Origin: Candidatus Hadarchaeum sp.
Lineage (GTDB): Archaea; Hadarchaeota; Hadarchaeia; Hadarchaeales; Hadarchaeaceae
Direction of reading: 5' to 3'
Assembly: GCF_049969415.1 (NCBI RefSeq)
Contig: NZ_JBMFOX010000022.1
Coordinates: 1 to 21,326 of the forward strand
DNA length: 21,326 bases
The position numbers and the translations under genes are program-made. Each line of letters opens with the position of its first letter. Position 1 is the first letter of the stretch. Positions 8,642 through 17,016 of this stretch are shown here, piece after piece. The notes below the pieces were generated by a model. It was not told where the DNA came from, ran no database searches, and was given only the letters and a program-made list of their open reading frames with translations.

Positions 8642-9223
8642 TCACCTCCCGTCAAGGAAATTTTTCAGCATCGTCTTCCCCAGCTCCGTGATGATGGATT
8701 CGGGATGGAACTGGACTCCCTCGATAGGGTAAGACCGGTGGCGGACGGCCATAATTTCGCCATCATCGAGCGACACGGCTGCGATTTTCAAACAGTCAGG
8801 AAGGCCAATCCTTTCTGCTACGAGGGAGTGATATCGGGCGGCTTGAAGCGGATTTTTTATCCCCCTAAAGATACCCTCCCCATCATGCTTGATCGGGCTT
8901 GTTTTTCCATGCATTATCCTGCTCGCCCTGACGATTTTTCCACCAAAGGACGCCACAATTCCCTGATGGCCCAGACAAACTCCAAGCGTCGGGATTTTTG
9001 GGCCCATCAACTTGATGATTTCAGAACAAGCGCCGAAGTATCTGGGCTGCTCCGGTGTGCCCGGGCCAGGGGAGATAATGATTCTCTGTGGCTTTAGTTC
9101 CTCCACCCTTTTCAGCGAAACCTGGTCGTTCCTGTAGACCATCGGTTCCGCGCCCAGCTCGCCAACGTACTGGACAAGGTTGTAGACGAATGAATCGTAG
9201 TTGTCTATCACAAGAACTCTCAT
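8642..9223 (-). CDS. trpG: Anthranilate synthase component II (glutamine amidotransferase)
   Basis: IDNYDSF, SPGPG, GVCLGHQ, RYHSL, QFHPES. ATGA overlap with the trpE stop. Confidence 0.97.
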   Translation of the reverse strand: MRVLVIDNYDSFVYNLVQYVGELGAEPMVYRNDQVSLKRVEELKPQRIIISPGPGTPEQPRYFGACSEIIKLMGPKIPTLGVCLGHQGIVASFGGKIVRASRIMHGKTSPIKHDGEGIFRGIKNPLQAARYHSLVAERIGLPDCLKIAAVSLDDGEIMAVRHRSYPIEGVQFHPESIITELGKTMLKNFLDGR

Positions 9224-10584
9224 CTTGGCTGGCCTCCTTCGGCAGCGATTTTCAGCGCTTTGAGAATGGCTTTGGCCTTATGCTCAGTTTCGAGCCATTC
9301 CCTCTCCGGTTCCGAGTCCGCCACTATACCCGCCCCGGCCTGCACGTAGGCGCGGTTCCCCTCCGCGACCAGCGTTCTGATGGTTATGGCGAAGTCCGCG
9401 TTGCCGTTGCAGGAGAAGTAGCCCACCGCCCCAGCATATGGACCTCTTCTGACGGGCTCGAGTTCTTCAATGATTTCCATGGCCCTCAACTTGGGCGCTC
9501 CTGACACCGTTCCCGCGGGAAAGACCGCCTTTAAAGCATCATAGCTATCGCAGCCGTCTTTGAGTTTTCCCGTCACCCGGGAAACCAGGTGCTGAACGTG
9601 GCTGTACTTGTAAATTCTCATGAACTCCTGCACGTTGACCGACCCGTATTCGGAGATTCGCCCCAAGTCGTTCCTGGCTAGATCCACCAGCATCACGTGT
9701 TCGGCCTGTTCCTTAGGATCCCGCGTAAGCTCCAACGCAAGTGCTTCGTCTGCCTCACGGTTTCCCTTGTCCCGCGGCCTCGTGCCAGCAATTGGAAAGG
9801 TCTCGACATCCCTCCCTTCAACTCTCATTAGCATTTCAGGACTTGAACCCACGATCTGACGGCTTCCCATCTTCAGGAAGTACATGTGGGAGGAGGGGTT
9901 AATCTGCCGCAGCGCCACGTAAAATGGAACAAGGCTTCCGTGAAAGTTGAACTCGTAACGCTTGGAGAGCACGACTTGGAAGACATCGCCAGAGACAATA
10001 TATTCTTTTGACTTTCGCACCATGTCCTCAAAATGCTTTTTTTCGAGGTTCACTTTGGGTTGCGAGCAAATTAGTGGAGAAGGGTTGGAGGGTTCCTCAG
10101 CAATGGTCTCGATTTCATTTAAGCGATTCTCCCCGTGGTGAAAGTAAAGAAATTCACCCTTTTTATGATCAAATATCAATCCGTCACGGTAGATACCCAT
10201 TTCGAGGTCAGGGAAGCCGAAAACATCCGTTGCGTTCTCAGCTATTTTTTCCCAGTATCTGATGGCATCATAGGAGATGTAACCCACCGCCCCACCCATA
10301 AATCTGAAGCCCCCATGAGCCACACCGGCATCTACGACAAATTTTTTCAGCAGCGGCAGCGGATCTGAGGTCTTTTCTCCAATCTTTTCACCCTCGTCCC
10401 TGTCATAGACCTCTAGCTTGCCGTTCTTCACGCTGACGATGGTTCGCGGCTCAAACCCGAGGAACGAGTATTCAGCAAGTTTCTCTGGTCCTTCAACGGA
10501 CTCCAGGATATAGGCATAATCGAATTGGTCGTAAAGACGGGTAAAGATCTCGAGGGGCGAGGTTTTGAGACTGGTCCGGATCAA
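9220..10584 (-). CDS. trpE: Anthranilate synthase component I (true start uncertain; possibly ATG 10624 via +1 frameshift)
   Basis: ILES-x10-[76 protein letters not shown]. The frame stays open upstream of TTG 10584 (..RIAFGQPKPEAS) with no ATG/GTG/TTG in that stretch. Confidence 0.96.
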   Translation of the reverse strand: MIRTSLKTSPLEIFTRLYDQFDYAYILESVEGPEKLAEYSFLGFEPRTIVSVKNGKLEVYDRDEGEKIGEKTSDPLPLLKKFVVDAGVAHGGFRFMGGAVGYISYDAIRYWEKIAENATDVFGFPDLEMGIYRDGLIFDHKKGEFLYFHHGENRLNEIETIAEEPSNPSPLICSQPKVNLEKKHFEDMVRKSKEYIVSGDVFQVVLSKRYEFNFHGSLVPFYVALRQINPSSHMYFLKMGSRQIVGSSPEMLMRVEGRDVETFPIAGTRPRDKGNREADEALALELTRDPKEQAEHVMLVDLARNDLGRISEYGSVNVQEFMRIYKYSHVQHLVSRVTGKLKDGCDSYDALKAVFPAGTVSGAPKLRAMEIIEELEPVRRGPYAGAVGYFSCNGNADFAITIRTLVAEGNRAYVQAGAGIVADSEPEREWLETEHKAKAILKALKIAAEGGQPR

Positions 10585-10597
10585 GCTAGCTTCAGGC

Positions 10598-10624
10598 TTA
10601 GGCTGGCCAAAGGCTATCCTCCAT
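10598..10624 (-). promoter_or_regulatory. Trp-codon-containing leader ORF MEDSLWPA* with candidate +1 shift site CTT-TGG-C
   Basis: ATG GAG GAT AGC CTT TGG CCA GCC TAA, preceded by G-rich RBS-like GAGGGGGGCGTG. The +1 frame (TTT 10611, GGC CAG CCT..) is the trpE frame. Confidence 0.55.
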
Positions 10625-10649
10625 TGGTTACACGCCCCCCTCTTTCATA

Positions 10650-10690
10650 TGATTGTTATTAATCAAAGGACATATTTAAGCTTTAGTGGA
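10650..10690 (-). promoter_or_regulatory. Putative trp operon promoter (BRE/TATA) with operator-like inverted repeat
   Basis: Minus strand CACTAAAGCTTAAATA (TATA 10679-10673), plus TGATT-N6-AATCA at 10650-10665 between the TATA box and the expected start site. Confidence 0.55.
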
Positions 10691-10906
10691 CAAAAATGAT
10701 CATTAGAGGGGGGGTGCTGGTGATGGTCTGGATGTGGTTGGAGAAATCAAACGCCATATGGCTATCAGTGATTCTCTATTTCTGCTGTTACGCTTGGGGC
10801 AACGTTGAAGAGAATAACGATGTTAGTTGTGAAACAAACGAGTGGTAATGTCTTCCATAGGAAATTAATCAAGATCTCGTTTGCGAGGTGAGGACGGCAT
10901 TGTTCT

Positions 10907-11767
10907 TCAGGTTGGCTTGGCTGCGTTAAGTTCTTTTCCAAAAAGACTCGCACCTAGCTTGGAGTGAAAATTGCAAAACTCGCTTTCCTTGGGCCCCAGT
11001 TGCGCTAGGATGACTTCCTCCTGCCAGTGGGCGTTGTACAGGCGACAGGTCTTGACCTCACAGAAGGGGTTAGAGATCAGATGGTAGAACAGCGCCTGCA
11101 TCACATACCCCTTCATCACCTCGGTGAGCCTCTCGTCGTCGTAGTCGATGAAGCGGTCGCGGAACTGCTCCTTCAGCTCCTCGTAGGCCGCGGCAGCCCC
11201 GAGCGCTAGGTAGTGCTGCTTCAGCGCGTAGAACTCCTTGGGCTTCGCCGGGGCCTCGACGATGCCGGTCGTTGAGATCAGGCACGGGAAACTGTAGAGG
11301 CTCACGCGGGCGTGATACCGGGCGTCGGACTCGTCCCAGGTCCCGAAGAGCCGGTTGGTGAAGACGAGGTGCAGGTCTTCCTGGGTCCGCTCCGCCTCCG
11401 GGATCAGCTTCAGCGCCAGCCCCCGGAGGGCGACCCCATCGTAGAGCAGCCCCAAAATCCTCTGCTCGGGTTGTCGTAGCAGCTTCAGCTCGAGGTTGAT
11501 TTCCGCGGTAAGGGGCTCAAAGTCGCGGTCCTTTCTCGTCGGATCACGGATCCTCGCGCCGGCGAACTCCCGGGCCAGCTCCTTGGCTCGCGGCTCGTCA
11601 TGAATGTAGAAGAGTGGAGCCCGAATGTCCACCGATACTCGGCCCAGTTTCTCGGCCAGATAACGGGCGATCTCCTTCAGGTCGAGCCTTTTGCAGGACC
11701 TGTCCTCATAAAGGTGGATCCGTGGCAGCGGTTTACTTGGTTTCCCGGAGCTTCTCATAGGCGACAT
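10907..11767 (-). CDS. DUF6775-like putative metallopeptidase-fold protein (archaemetzincin-like Cys motif, no HExxH)
   Basis: [30 protein letters not shown]-x4[11 protein letters not shown]..FCxxH. Family recalled from memory. Start uncertain (11767, 11758, or a CTG just after the thi4 stop). Confidence 0.7.
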   Translation of the reverse strand: MSPMRSSGKPSKPLPRIHLYEDRSCKRLDLKEIARYLAEKLGRVSVDIRAPLFYIHDEPRAKELAREFAGARIRDPTRKDRDFEPLTAEINLELKLLRQPEQRILGLLYDGVALRGLALKLIPEAERTQEDLHLVFTNRLFGTWDESDARYHARVSLYSFPCLISTTGIVEAPAKPKEFYALKQHYLALGAAAAYEELKEQFRDRFIDYDDERLTEVMKGYVMQALFYHLISNPFCEVKTCRLYNAHWQEEVILAQLGPKESEFCNFHSKLGASLFGKELNAAKPT

Positions 11768-12518
11768 CGGCGGCCCGCTTCCCGCTCATCAGCATCGCGC
11801 CGAAGGTGGGTCCCATCCTGGGCAGCCCGAAGGCGGTGGAGACGGCCATCCCGGTGACGATGAGACCAGGGTAGATCTCGCTGGTGTACTCCACCACTAG
11901 GTCCTCGGAGCGTTCGACCCACATGGCCCCATAGCCAGAAACCTTGATCAACCCCCGCCTCTCCAGCGTGCGCACCACGGCGGCGTCGTGTCCGGTGGCG
12001 TCGATGACCAGCTTGCTCTCCAGCCCGACGGGATCGACGCAGGTTATCTCGCGCGGCAGCGCTGAAATCGGGGTCCAGTTAACGACCACGCCGGCAACGC
12101 GTTTTTCCCTGATGATCACGTCGTCGATCAGCGTCATGTTCAGTATTTTCGCTCCGGCGTCGCAGGCGGCGGCGATGAGCTTGGAGCAGGCGTGGGGACC
12201 ATCGGCCACGAACAGACCCTTTGAGGACTCAGTGTACGGTACGCCCAGCTCGTCCAGGATCTTCTGGGCGGGGGCGCGCACGGTGACCTTGTTCATCAGG
12301 TAGCCGCCGATCCAGAAGCCGCCGCCGAGGTAGTTGTTCCTCTCGATCACGAGGCTGGCCACACCGCGTTTTGCCAGCTCCCGGGCTGCCATGAGCCCGC
12401 TGGGACCCCCACCGACGATAATCACATCGCTTTCCGCGTAGCGGTGGAAGTCCCTCATGAAGCCCTCGACGATGGCCCGGGTGACCTCCTTTTCTCCAGA
12501 CGGTTCGAATGTCGGCAT
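11733..12518 (-). CDS. thi4: Thi4 adenosine diphosphate thiazole synthase (Cys-containing type)
   Basis: [54 protein letters not shown]; GGTGG RBS. Confidence 0.95.
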   Translation of the reverse strand: MPTFEPSGEKEVTRAIVEGFMRDFHRYAESDVIIVGGGPSGLMAARELAKRGVASLVIERNNYLGGGFWIGGYLMNKVTVRAPAQKILDELGVPYTESSKGLFVADGPHACSKLIAAACDAGAKILNMTLIDDVIIREKRVAGVVVNWTPISALPREITCVDPVGLESKLVIDATGHDAAVVRTLERRGLIKVSGYGAMWVERSEDLVVEYTSEIYPGLIVTGMAVSTAFGLPRMGPTFGAMLMSGKRAADVAYEKLRETK

Positions 12519-12548
12519 GTTCTCCCACCAATTAAAGCTGTTTTATCC

Positions 12549-13340
12549 TTAAAGGTTTGCCCCTCCGGTCCGGTAGCCGCGCCGGTCCAAAATCACTTCG
12601 TCATAGCCCAGCCCTTGCAGCGTTGAGACGATCTTTCCCTCCAGCCGCATAGCCCGGGGCAGTTCCTCTTTACCCACCTCAACGCGGGCCAGTCCTTCGT
12701 GGTCCCTGACCCTGACCACATTGAAACCGAGCGAGCGGATGAATTCCTCGGCCCGGGCGATCCGCTGGAGCTTGGTCTTAGTGATTTTCTGGCCGAAGGG
12801 GATGCGCGAGGCGAGGCACGGGCTGGCCGGCTTCTCCGCGTTGGGCAACCCATATTTTGAGGCGAGCTCCCGAACCTCGTTTTTCGTTAGCCCGGCTTCC
12901 GCGAGCGGGCTGATTACCCCGAACTCCGTCAGCGCGCGCAGGCCGGGCCTGAAGTCGCGGTGATCGTCGCGGTTGGTGCCGTCGAAGATGCAATCAAAAA
13001 CGAGGTTCCTCCTGATTTCCTCCAGCCTCTCTAGGAGCTCCCGCTTGCAGTGGTAGCAGCGCTCCGGCGGGTTGCTGTAGAAATCGGGATTTTTCAGCTC
13101 CTCCGTCTTGATCACCATCTGCCGGATGCCGATCGATTCTGCCAATTTTCTGGCGCTCTCCAGCTCACCCGGCGGGTAGGTAGGTGAAACTGCCGTGACC
13201 GCCACGGCCCGCCCGCCCAAGACCTCGTGCGAGACCGCGCACACCAAGGAGGAGTCGACTCCGCCGGAGAAGGCGATGACCGCGCTGCCGCGGGCCGCGA
13301 TCGCCGACTTCAGTGCTTGAAGCTTTTTTTCGAGCCGCAT
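12549..13340 (-). CDS. larE: LarE-family ATP-dependent sulfur transferase (TIGR00268-like)
   Basis: AFSGGVDS PP-loop, NPPERCYHCK, DGTN.DD..D.RPG, KPASPCLASRIP, VRVRDH, GYRTG. Confidence 0.92.
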   Translation of the reverse strand: MRLEKKLQALKSAIAARGSAVIAFSGGVDSSLVCAVSHEVLGGRAVAVTAVSPTYPPGELESARKLAESIGIRQMVIKTEELKNPDFYSNPPERCYHCKRELLERLEEIRRNLVFDCIFDGTNRDDHRDFRPGLRALTEFGVISPLAEAGLTKNEVRELASKYGLPNAEKPASPCLASRIPFGQKITKTKLQRIARAEEFIRSLGFNVVRVRDHEGLARVEVGKEELPRAMRLEGKIVSTLQGLGYDEVILDRRGYRTGGANL

Positions 13341-13442
13341 GCGGGTCCCTCAACCTTGGTTTCGCGCGCCGATTTAAACGGATGTCGCGCGCACCTAGGA
13401 AAGTTATTTATATCCTTTCTATAACGGTGTTATGGTGGGAGT
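13341..13442. promoter_or_regulatory. Divergent promoter region larE / mtaB
   Basis: TTTAAA (13373-13378) about 33 nt upstream of larE. TTTATAT (~13407-13413) upstream of mtaB is flanked by GAAAG/CTTTC. Palindrome ATAAC-GGT-GTTAT at 13421-13433. Confidence 0.55.
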
Positions 13443-13460
13443 ATAAAAAGTTATTCCAAG

Positions 13461-14816
13461 ATGGAGCTGGGTTCTCCCCAAGAGCTCGTTTTTGGCAGGT
13501 CAAAGTATCCGCTGCGATATGGTTTGAGTCTTGAGATCGGCAACGGGAGCGTGGTGCCTGAGCTGAAGTATTCTCCGCGGCCCGGCAAAGAGCAGAGCTT
13601 GGACTCGCTGAAGAGGGAGTACGAGACGATAACCAAGGACATCCTCGATCGGGCGGTTGACATCGGACTGCCAGCGGTGCAGCTTGAAACTGAGCATGTG
13701 GTTCAGATGACGAGCAACCCGAAATGGGGAGAGGAGATTACCGCGCTGCAGAAGGAGCTGCTGGAGAGGTATCATGACGAGCACGGGATTAGCTGTGCCC
13801 TGAGGCAGACCATCGCCGATATCAGGAAGGCCGAGGCAGGTATGAGGGAGGGGGAGGAGTTTACCGCAGTGATGGAATCCTTCGACCTGTGCGCGAAGGC
13901 TGGGGCCGATGTCTTGGCGATAGAGTCCTTGGGCGGCAAGGAGGTCTTCGACTACGCGATAGCGAGACAGGACATAAGGGGAATCCTCTTTTCTTTGGGC
14001 GTTCTCGCCTGCAGCGATATGGACTTTCTCTGGAAGAACATCGTCAGCATAGCCGGAAGGCACGGCGTCGTCCCTGGCGGTGACACCGATTGCGCGCGCT
14101 CAAACACGGCCATGTTTCTCGCAGGAGGTTACCAGAACAAGGAGTTGCCCCACACCATCGCCGCCATTGTCCGGGCGGCCGGGGCCTCCAGGTCTCTGGT
14201 GGCGTTTGAGGCGGGAGCAACCGGCCCGGACAAGGACTGTGGATACGAGGGCGTGATCATCAAGGCCATCACCGGAAGGCCGATCTCGCAGGAGGGCAAA
14301 AGTTCTGCCTGCGCCCACTCGAGCCTCTTGGGCAACGTTGCCGCCGTCGCCTGCGATCTCTGGTCGAACGAGGCGGTCCAGTATGGCGACATGTTCGGCG
14401 GCAGCACCCCGCAGGTTTTCACCGAAATTCTGGGTTACGATGTTGCCCTGTTTAACGCCGCCCTGGCCACGGGCAACGAGATCAGGCTTAGGAATTTGCT
14501 GGCGCTCTCGGACAAATACCGGGACCCGCAGGCGCTCATTCTGATCCCGGAAAATGCCTACCGGATCGGCAAGGTGATCGTGGAAAATTCCGGTGATAGT
14601 TATCTCCGTACCCGGGCGGCCATGATGGAGGCGGCCCGAATAATCGATGAGGAGAAGGAGAAGCTTCATCTTTCCGAGCTGGAACTCCGGGCGCTGAAAA
14701 AGACAATTTCCGCGCTCTCTCAATTCCCAGACGATGGGGACCGGTTCACCTCCGAATGCATTGAAATTTACGAAAAGCTGGTTCCCTCCTTCAATCCCAA
14801 GAATTACGGTCTCTGA
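13461..14816 (+). CDS. mtaB: Methanol:corrinoid methyltransferase MtaB
   Basis: FG.SKYP..GL.LEIG.G, PRPG.E, LETEHV. Zn-ligand motifs IESLGGKE, GDTDCA, GPDKDCGYE; also EGKSSACAHS, DLWSNE. May start at ATA 13443. Confidence 0.95.
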   Translation: MELGSPQELVFGRSKYPLRYGLSLEIGNGSVVPELKYSPRPGKEQSLDSLKREYETITKDILDRAVDIGLPAVQLETEHVVQMTSNPKWGEEITALQKELLERYHDEHGISCALRQTIADIRKAEAGMREGEEFTAVMESFDLCAKAGADVLAIESLGGKEVFDYAIARQDIRGILFSLGVLACSDMDFLWKNIVSIAGRHGVVPGGDTDCARSNTAMFLAGGYQNKELPHTIAAIVRAAGASRSLVAFEAGATGPDKDCGYEGVIIKAITGRPISQEGKSSACAHSSLLGNVAAVACDLWSNEAVQYGDMFGGSTPQVFTEILGYDVALFNAALATGNEIRLRNLLALSDKYRDPQALILIPENAYRIGKVIVENSGDSYLRTRAAMMEAARIIDEEKEKLHLSELELRALKKTISALSQFPDDGDRFTSECIEIYEKLVPSFNPKNYGL

Positions 14817-14825
14817 GGTGATGAG

Positions 14826-16580
14826 ATGAGCATGACAGCAAAGAAACGGGTTATTTCCGCAATTCTGGGCGGCAGGGTTGACCGGATACCCGCCACCGCC
14901 GTGTGTCAGACGGCCACGCACGACCAGATGCAGCTGACGGGAGCCAGCTGGCCCGAGGCCCACCTGAACGCGGAAAAAATGGCAAAACTGGCCAGCGCGG
15001 CCCATACCTACACCGGTCTTGAGACGGTAAGGGTCCCGTTCGATCAGGCCGTGGAGGCCGAGGCCCTAGGAGGAAGGATGGAGATTAAGGGGGAGATACC
15101 GGCCATCGTTGAGCACCTGAGGGATTTCTCGGAGTTCAGGATTCCAGAGAACTTCCTCGAGCGCGGCAGGCTGCCCGTCGTGCTTGACGCCGTTGAGCGT
15201 CTCGCCAGAGAATTTGGGGAGAAGCTGCCGGTGATGGCGGGAATAATCGGGCCGTTCTCGGTCGCGACCCAGGTCTTTGAACCGAGCGACATGCTGAAGT
15301 GGACCATCACCCGGCAGCGGGAGAGCGCGGAGGTGCTGTCGGCGCTCGTGGACCCCCTGCTTGAATATGCGAACGAGCTGGCGAGGCGAGGTGCGGATGT
15401 GATCGTCATCGAGGACATGTTTTCCTCCCAGCTCGGAAGCAAGGTCTTCAGGGCCGTGGCCATGGAGCCGCTGAAGAGGCTCGTGGACGGGATCAAGAAC
15501 ATCGTCGTTATTCACATGTGCGGAAATATCACCAAGATGCTCCCGGACGTGATCGAGGTGGGTGCCGAGGGGCTGAGCATAGCTAGGGAGACCGACTTGG
15601 CCGCCGCCGTCAGCAGCGCGAGGGGGAGGGTTTCGATCATCGGCAACGTTGACCCGCTCGATCTTCTCTTCAAAGGAGGTCCTGCGGTGGAGGCCGCCGT
15701 CAGGGCCGCCATCGATGGAGGAGTGGACCTTGTGGCTCCGGGCTGTAGTCTGGCACCGGGCACCCCGATTGAAAATATAAAGCAGATGGTGATCCAGACG
15801 CAGCGCTATGGGCGTAGGGCTGGCGAGGTAACTCCCTCGGCGGTGGACTTCAGCAAGATTTTTGTGAAGTACGGGGTGACCAAGGGGCCCGCCACAGCTT
15901 ACGACCAGCAGCTGCCGGCCGACCCAGCTCTGGCCGAGGTGGCCCGAGCGGTGGTCAGGGGAGACACCGGCGCAGTGGAGACGGCGGTTGTTGCCGCGCT
16001 GGAGAAGTGGGGCCCCTTGAAAGTTATTTCTGATGGGTTGACCGGCGGGATGAACATCGTCAGCAGGATGTGGGAGGATGGCGTCTACTTCCTTCCTGAG
16101 GTCGTGAACGCCGCCGATGCCATGCAGGCCGGAATAGCGCTGTGCGAGAAGAGACTGGGCCGAGCCTCGGTTAAGAAGGGCAGGATCATTACCCATGTGG
16201 CCGAGGGGGATATTCACGACATCGGCAAGAACATCGTCTCCGCCCTGCTGCGCGCGAATGGCTATGAGGTCATAGACCTTGGAAGGGATGTTCCCGTTGA
16301 GAAGGTTGTCGAGGAGACGAAGACGCAGCGGCCACTCTTGGTGATGGGCACGGCCCTGATGACCACCACCATGACGGCGTTTCCCAGATTGGTAGAAAGG
16401 CTGAAACAGGAGGGCCTAGAGACAACGCTTGCCTGCGGCGGGGGGGCGGTTAATCAGGAGTACGTGGAGACCTTCGACCACAGCGTCTTCGGGGACAAGG
16501 CAATAGACGCCGTGAAGATCGCCGAGCTGGCGCTAAAAGGGCTTTCTTGGCTCGAGATCAGGGAGAAGATTCATAAGTAG
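14826..16580 (+). CDS. Fusion of MtaA/URO-D-family methylcobamide:thiol methyltransferase (N-term) and MtaC-like corrinoid protein (C-term)
   Basis: N-terminal ~330 aa: VCQTAT, WPEAH, VPFD..VEAEALG, GPFS, Zn motif IHMCG, APGC..TP.EN. C-terminal: B12 cap (GL..GM..V..W..G.YFLPEV) and EGDIHDIGKNIV, DLGRDVP, ALMTTTM, GGGAV. GAGGTGA RBS. Confidence 0.93.
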   Translation: MSMTAKKRVISAILGGRVDRIPATAVCQTATHDQMQLTGASWPEAHLNAEKMAKLASAAHTYTGLETVRVPFDQAVEAEALGGRMEIKGEIPAIVEHLRDFSEFRIPENFLERGRLPVVLDAVERLAREFGEKLPVMAGIIGPFSVATQVFEPSDMLKWTITRQRESAEVLSALVDPLLEYANELARRGADVIVIEDMFSSQLGSKVFRAVAMEPLKRLVDGIKNIVVIHMCGNITKMLPDVIEVGAEGLSIARETDLAAAVSSARGRVSIIGNVDPLDLLFKGGPAVEAAVRAAIDGGVDLVAPGCSLAPGTPIENIKQMVIQTQRYGRRAGEVTPSAVDFSKIFVKYGVTKGPATAYDQQLPADPALAEVARAVVRGDTGAVETAVVAALEKWGPLKVISDGLTGGMNIVSRMWEDGVYFLPEVVNAADAMQAGIALCEKRLGRASVKKGRIITHVAEGDIHDIGKNIVSALLRANGYEVIDLGRDVPVEKVVEETKTQRPLLVMGTALMTTTMTAFPRLVERLKQEGLETTLACGGGAVNQEYVETFDHSVFGDKAIDAVKIAELALKGLSWLEIREKIHK

Positions 16581-16593
16581 TAATTGTCTTAGA

Positions 16594-16671
16594 TGGTGGG
16601 CCCGCGGGGATTCGAACCCCGGACCTTCCGGTTATCAGCCGAACGCGCTAACCATGCTGCGCCACGGGCCC
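16594..16671 (-). tRNA. tRNA-Ile (GAT), CCA encoded, no intron
   Basis: GGGCCCGTGGCGCAGCATGGTTAGCGCGTTCGGCTGATAACCGGAAGGTCCGGGGTTCGAATCCCCGCGGGCCCACCA. Confidence 0.97.
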
Positions 16672-17016
16672 CTTTTCACCTCTCGGAAATCCACTATTTT
16701 AGTCTGCCGTATAACGCTTGCTATTCGGTTTTTTAAGCCCAACTACTGGTCCAATGAATATTCCGAGCAGGTGGCAAACGGATATCAACCACGATGAGAC
16801 ACTTGTATCATCGGAAGAGCTTTCAGATTGTCCGACAGCAACTGATCCTAGAAAACGAATTGCCAATAGCATTTTCAAATAACATGGCGCGAGGCTTAAT
16901 TTGCCGTTTATAAACGGCCGGATGGCAAAATTTTGGTGGGGCCCGATGTTTTTCAGAGATTGGAAGTTTACCTTTTTAAACCGCATCGCGAAATTAAAAA
17001 AAAGGAGGCTGATTGT

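Noticed and set aside
10598-10648. Classical bacterial trpL attenuator
   Set aside because: Only one Trp codon, and no room for or sign of terminator/antiterminator hairpins with a U-tract before trpE.
13500-16217. Long minus-strand ORFs (187, 301, 383 aa)
   Set aside because: GC-rich antisense shadows of mtaB and the fusion gene.
13461-16580. Pyrrolysine/selenocysteine readthrough in the methyltransferases
   Set aside because: No in-frame TAG or TGA, and MtaB is not a Pyl enzyme.
1418-16671. tRNA-anchored integrated element
   Set aside because: No duplicated tRNA 3' end, integrase or transposase seen by eye.
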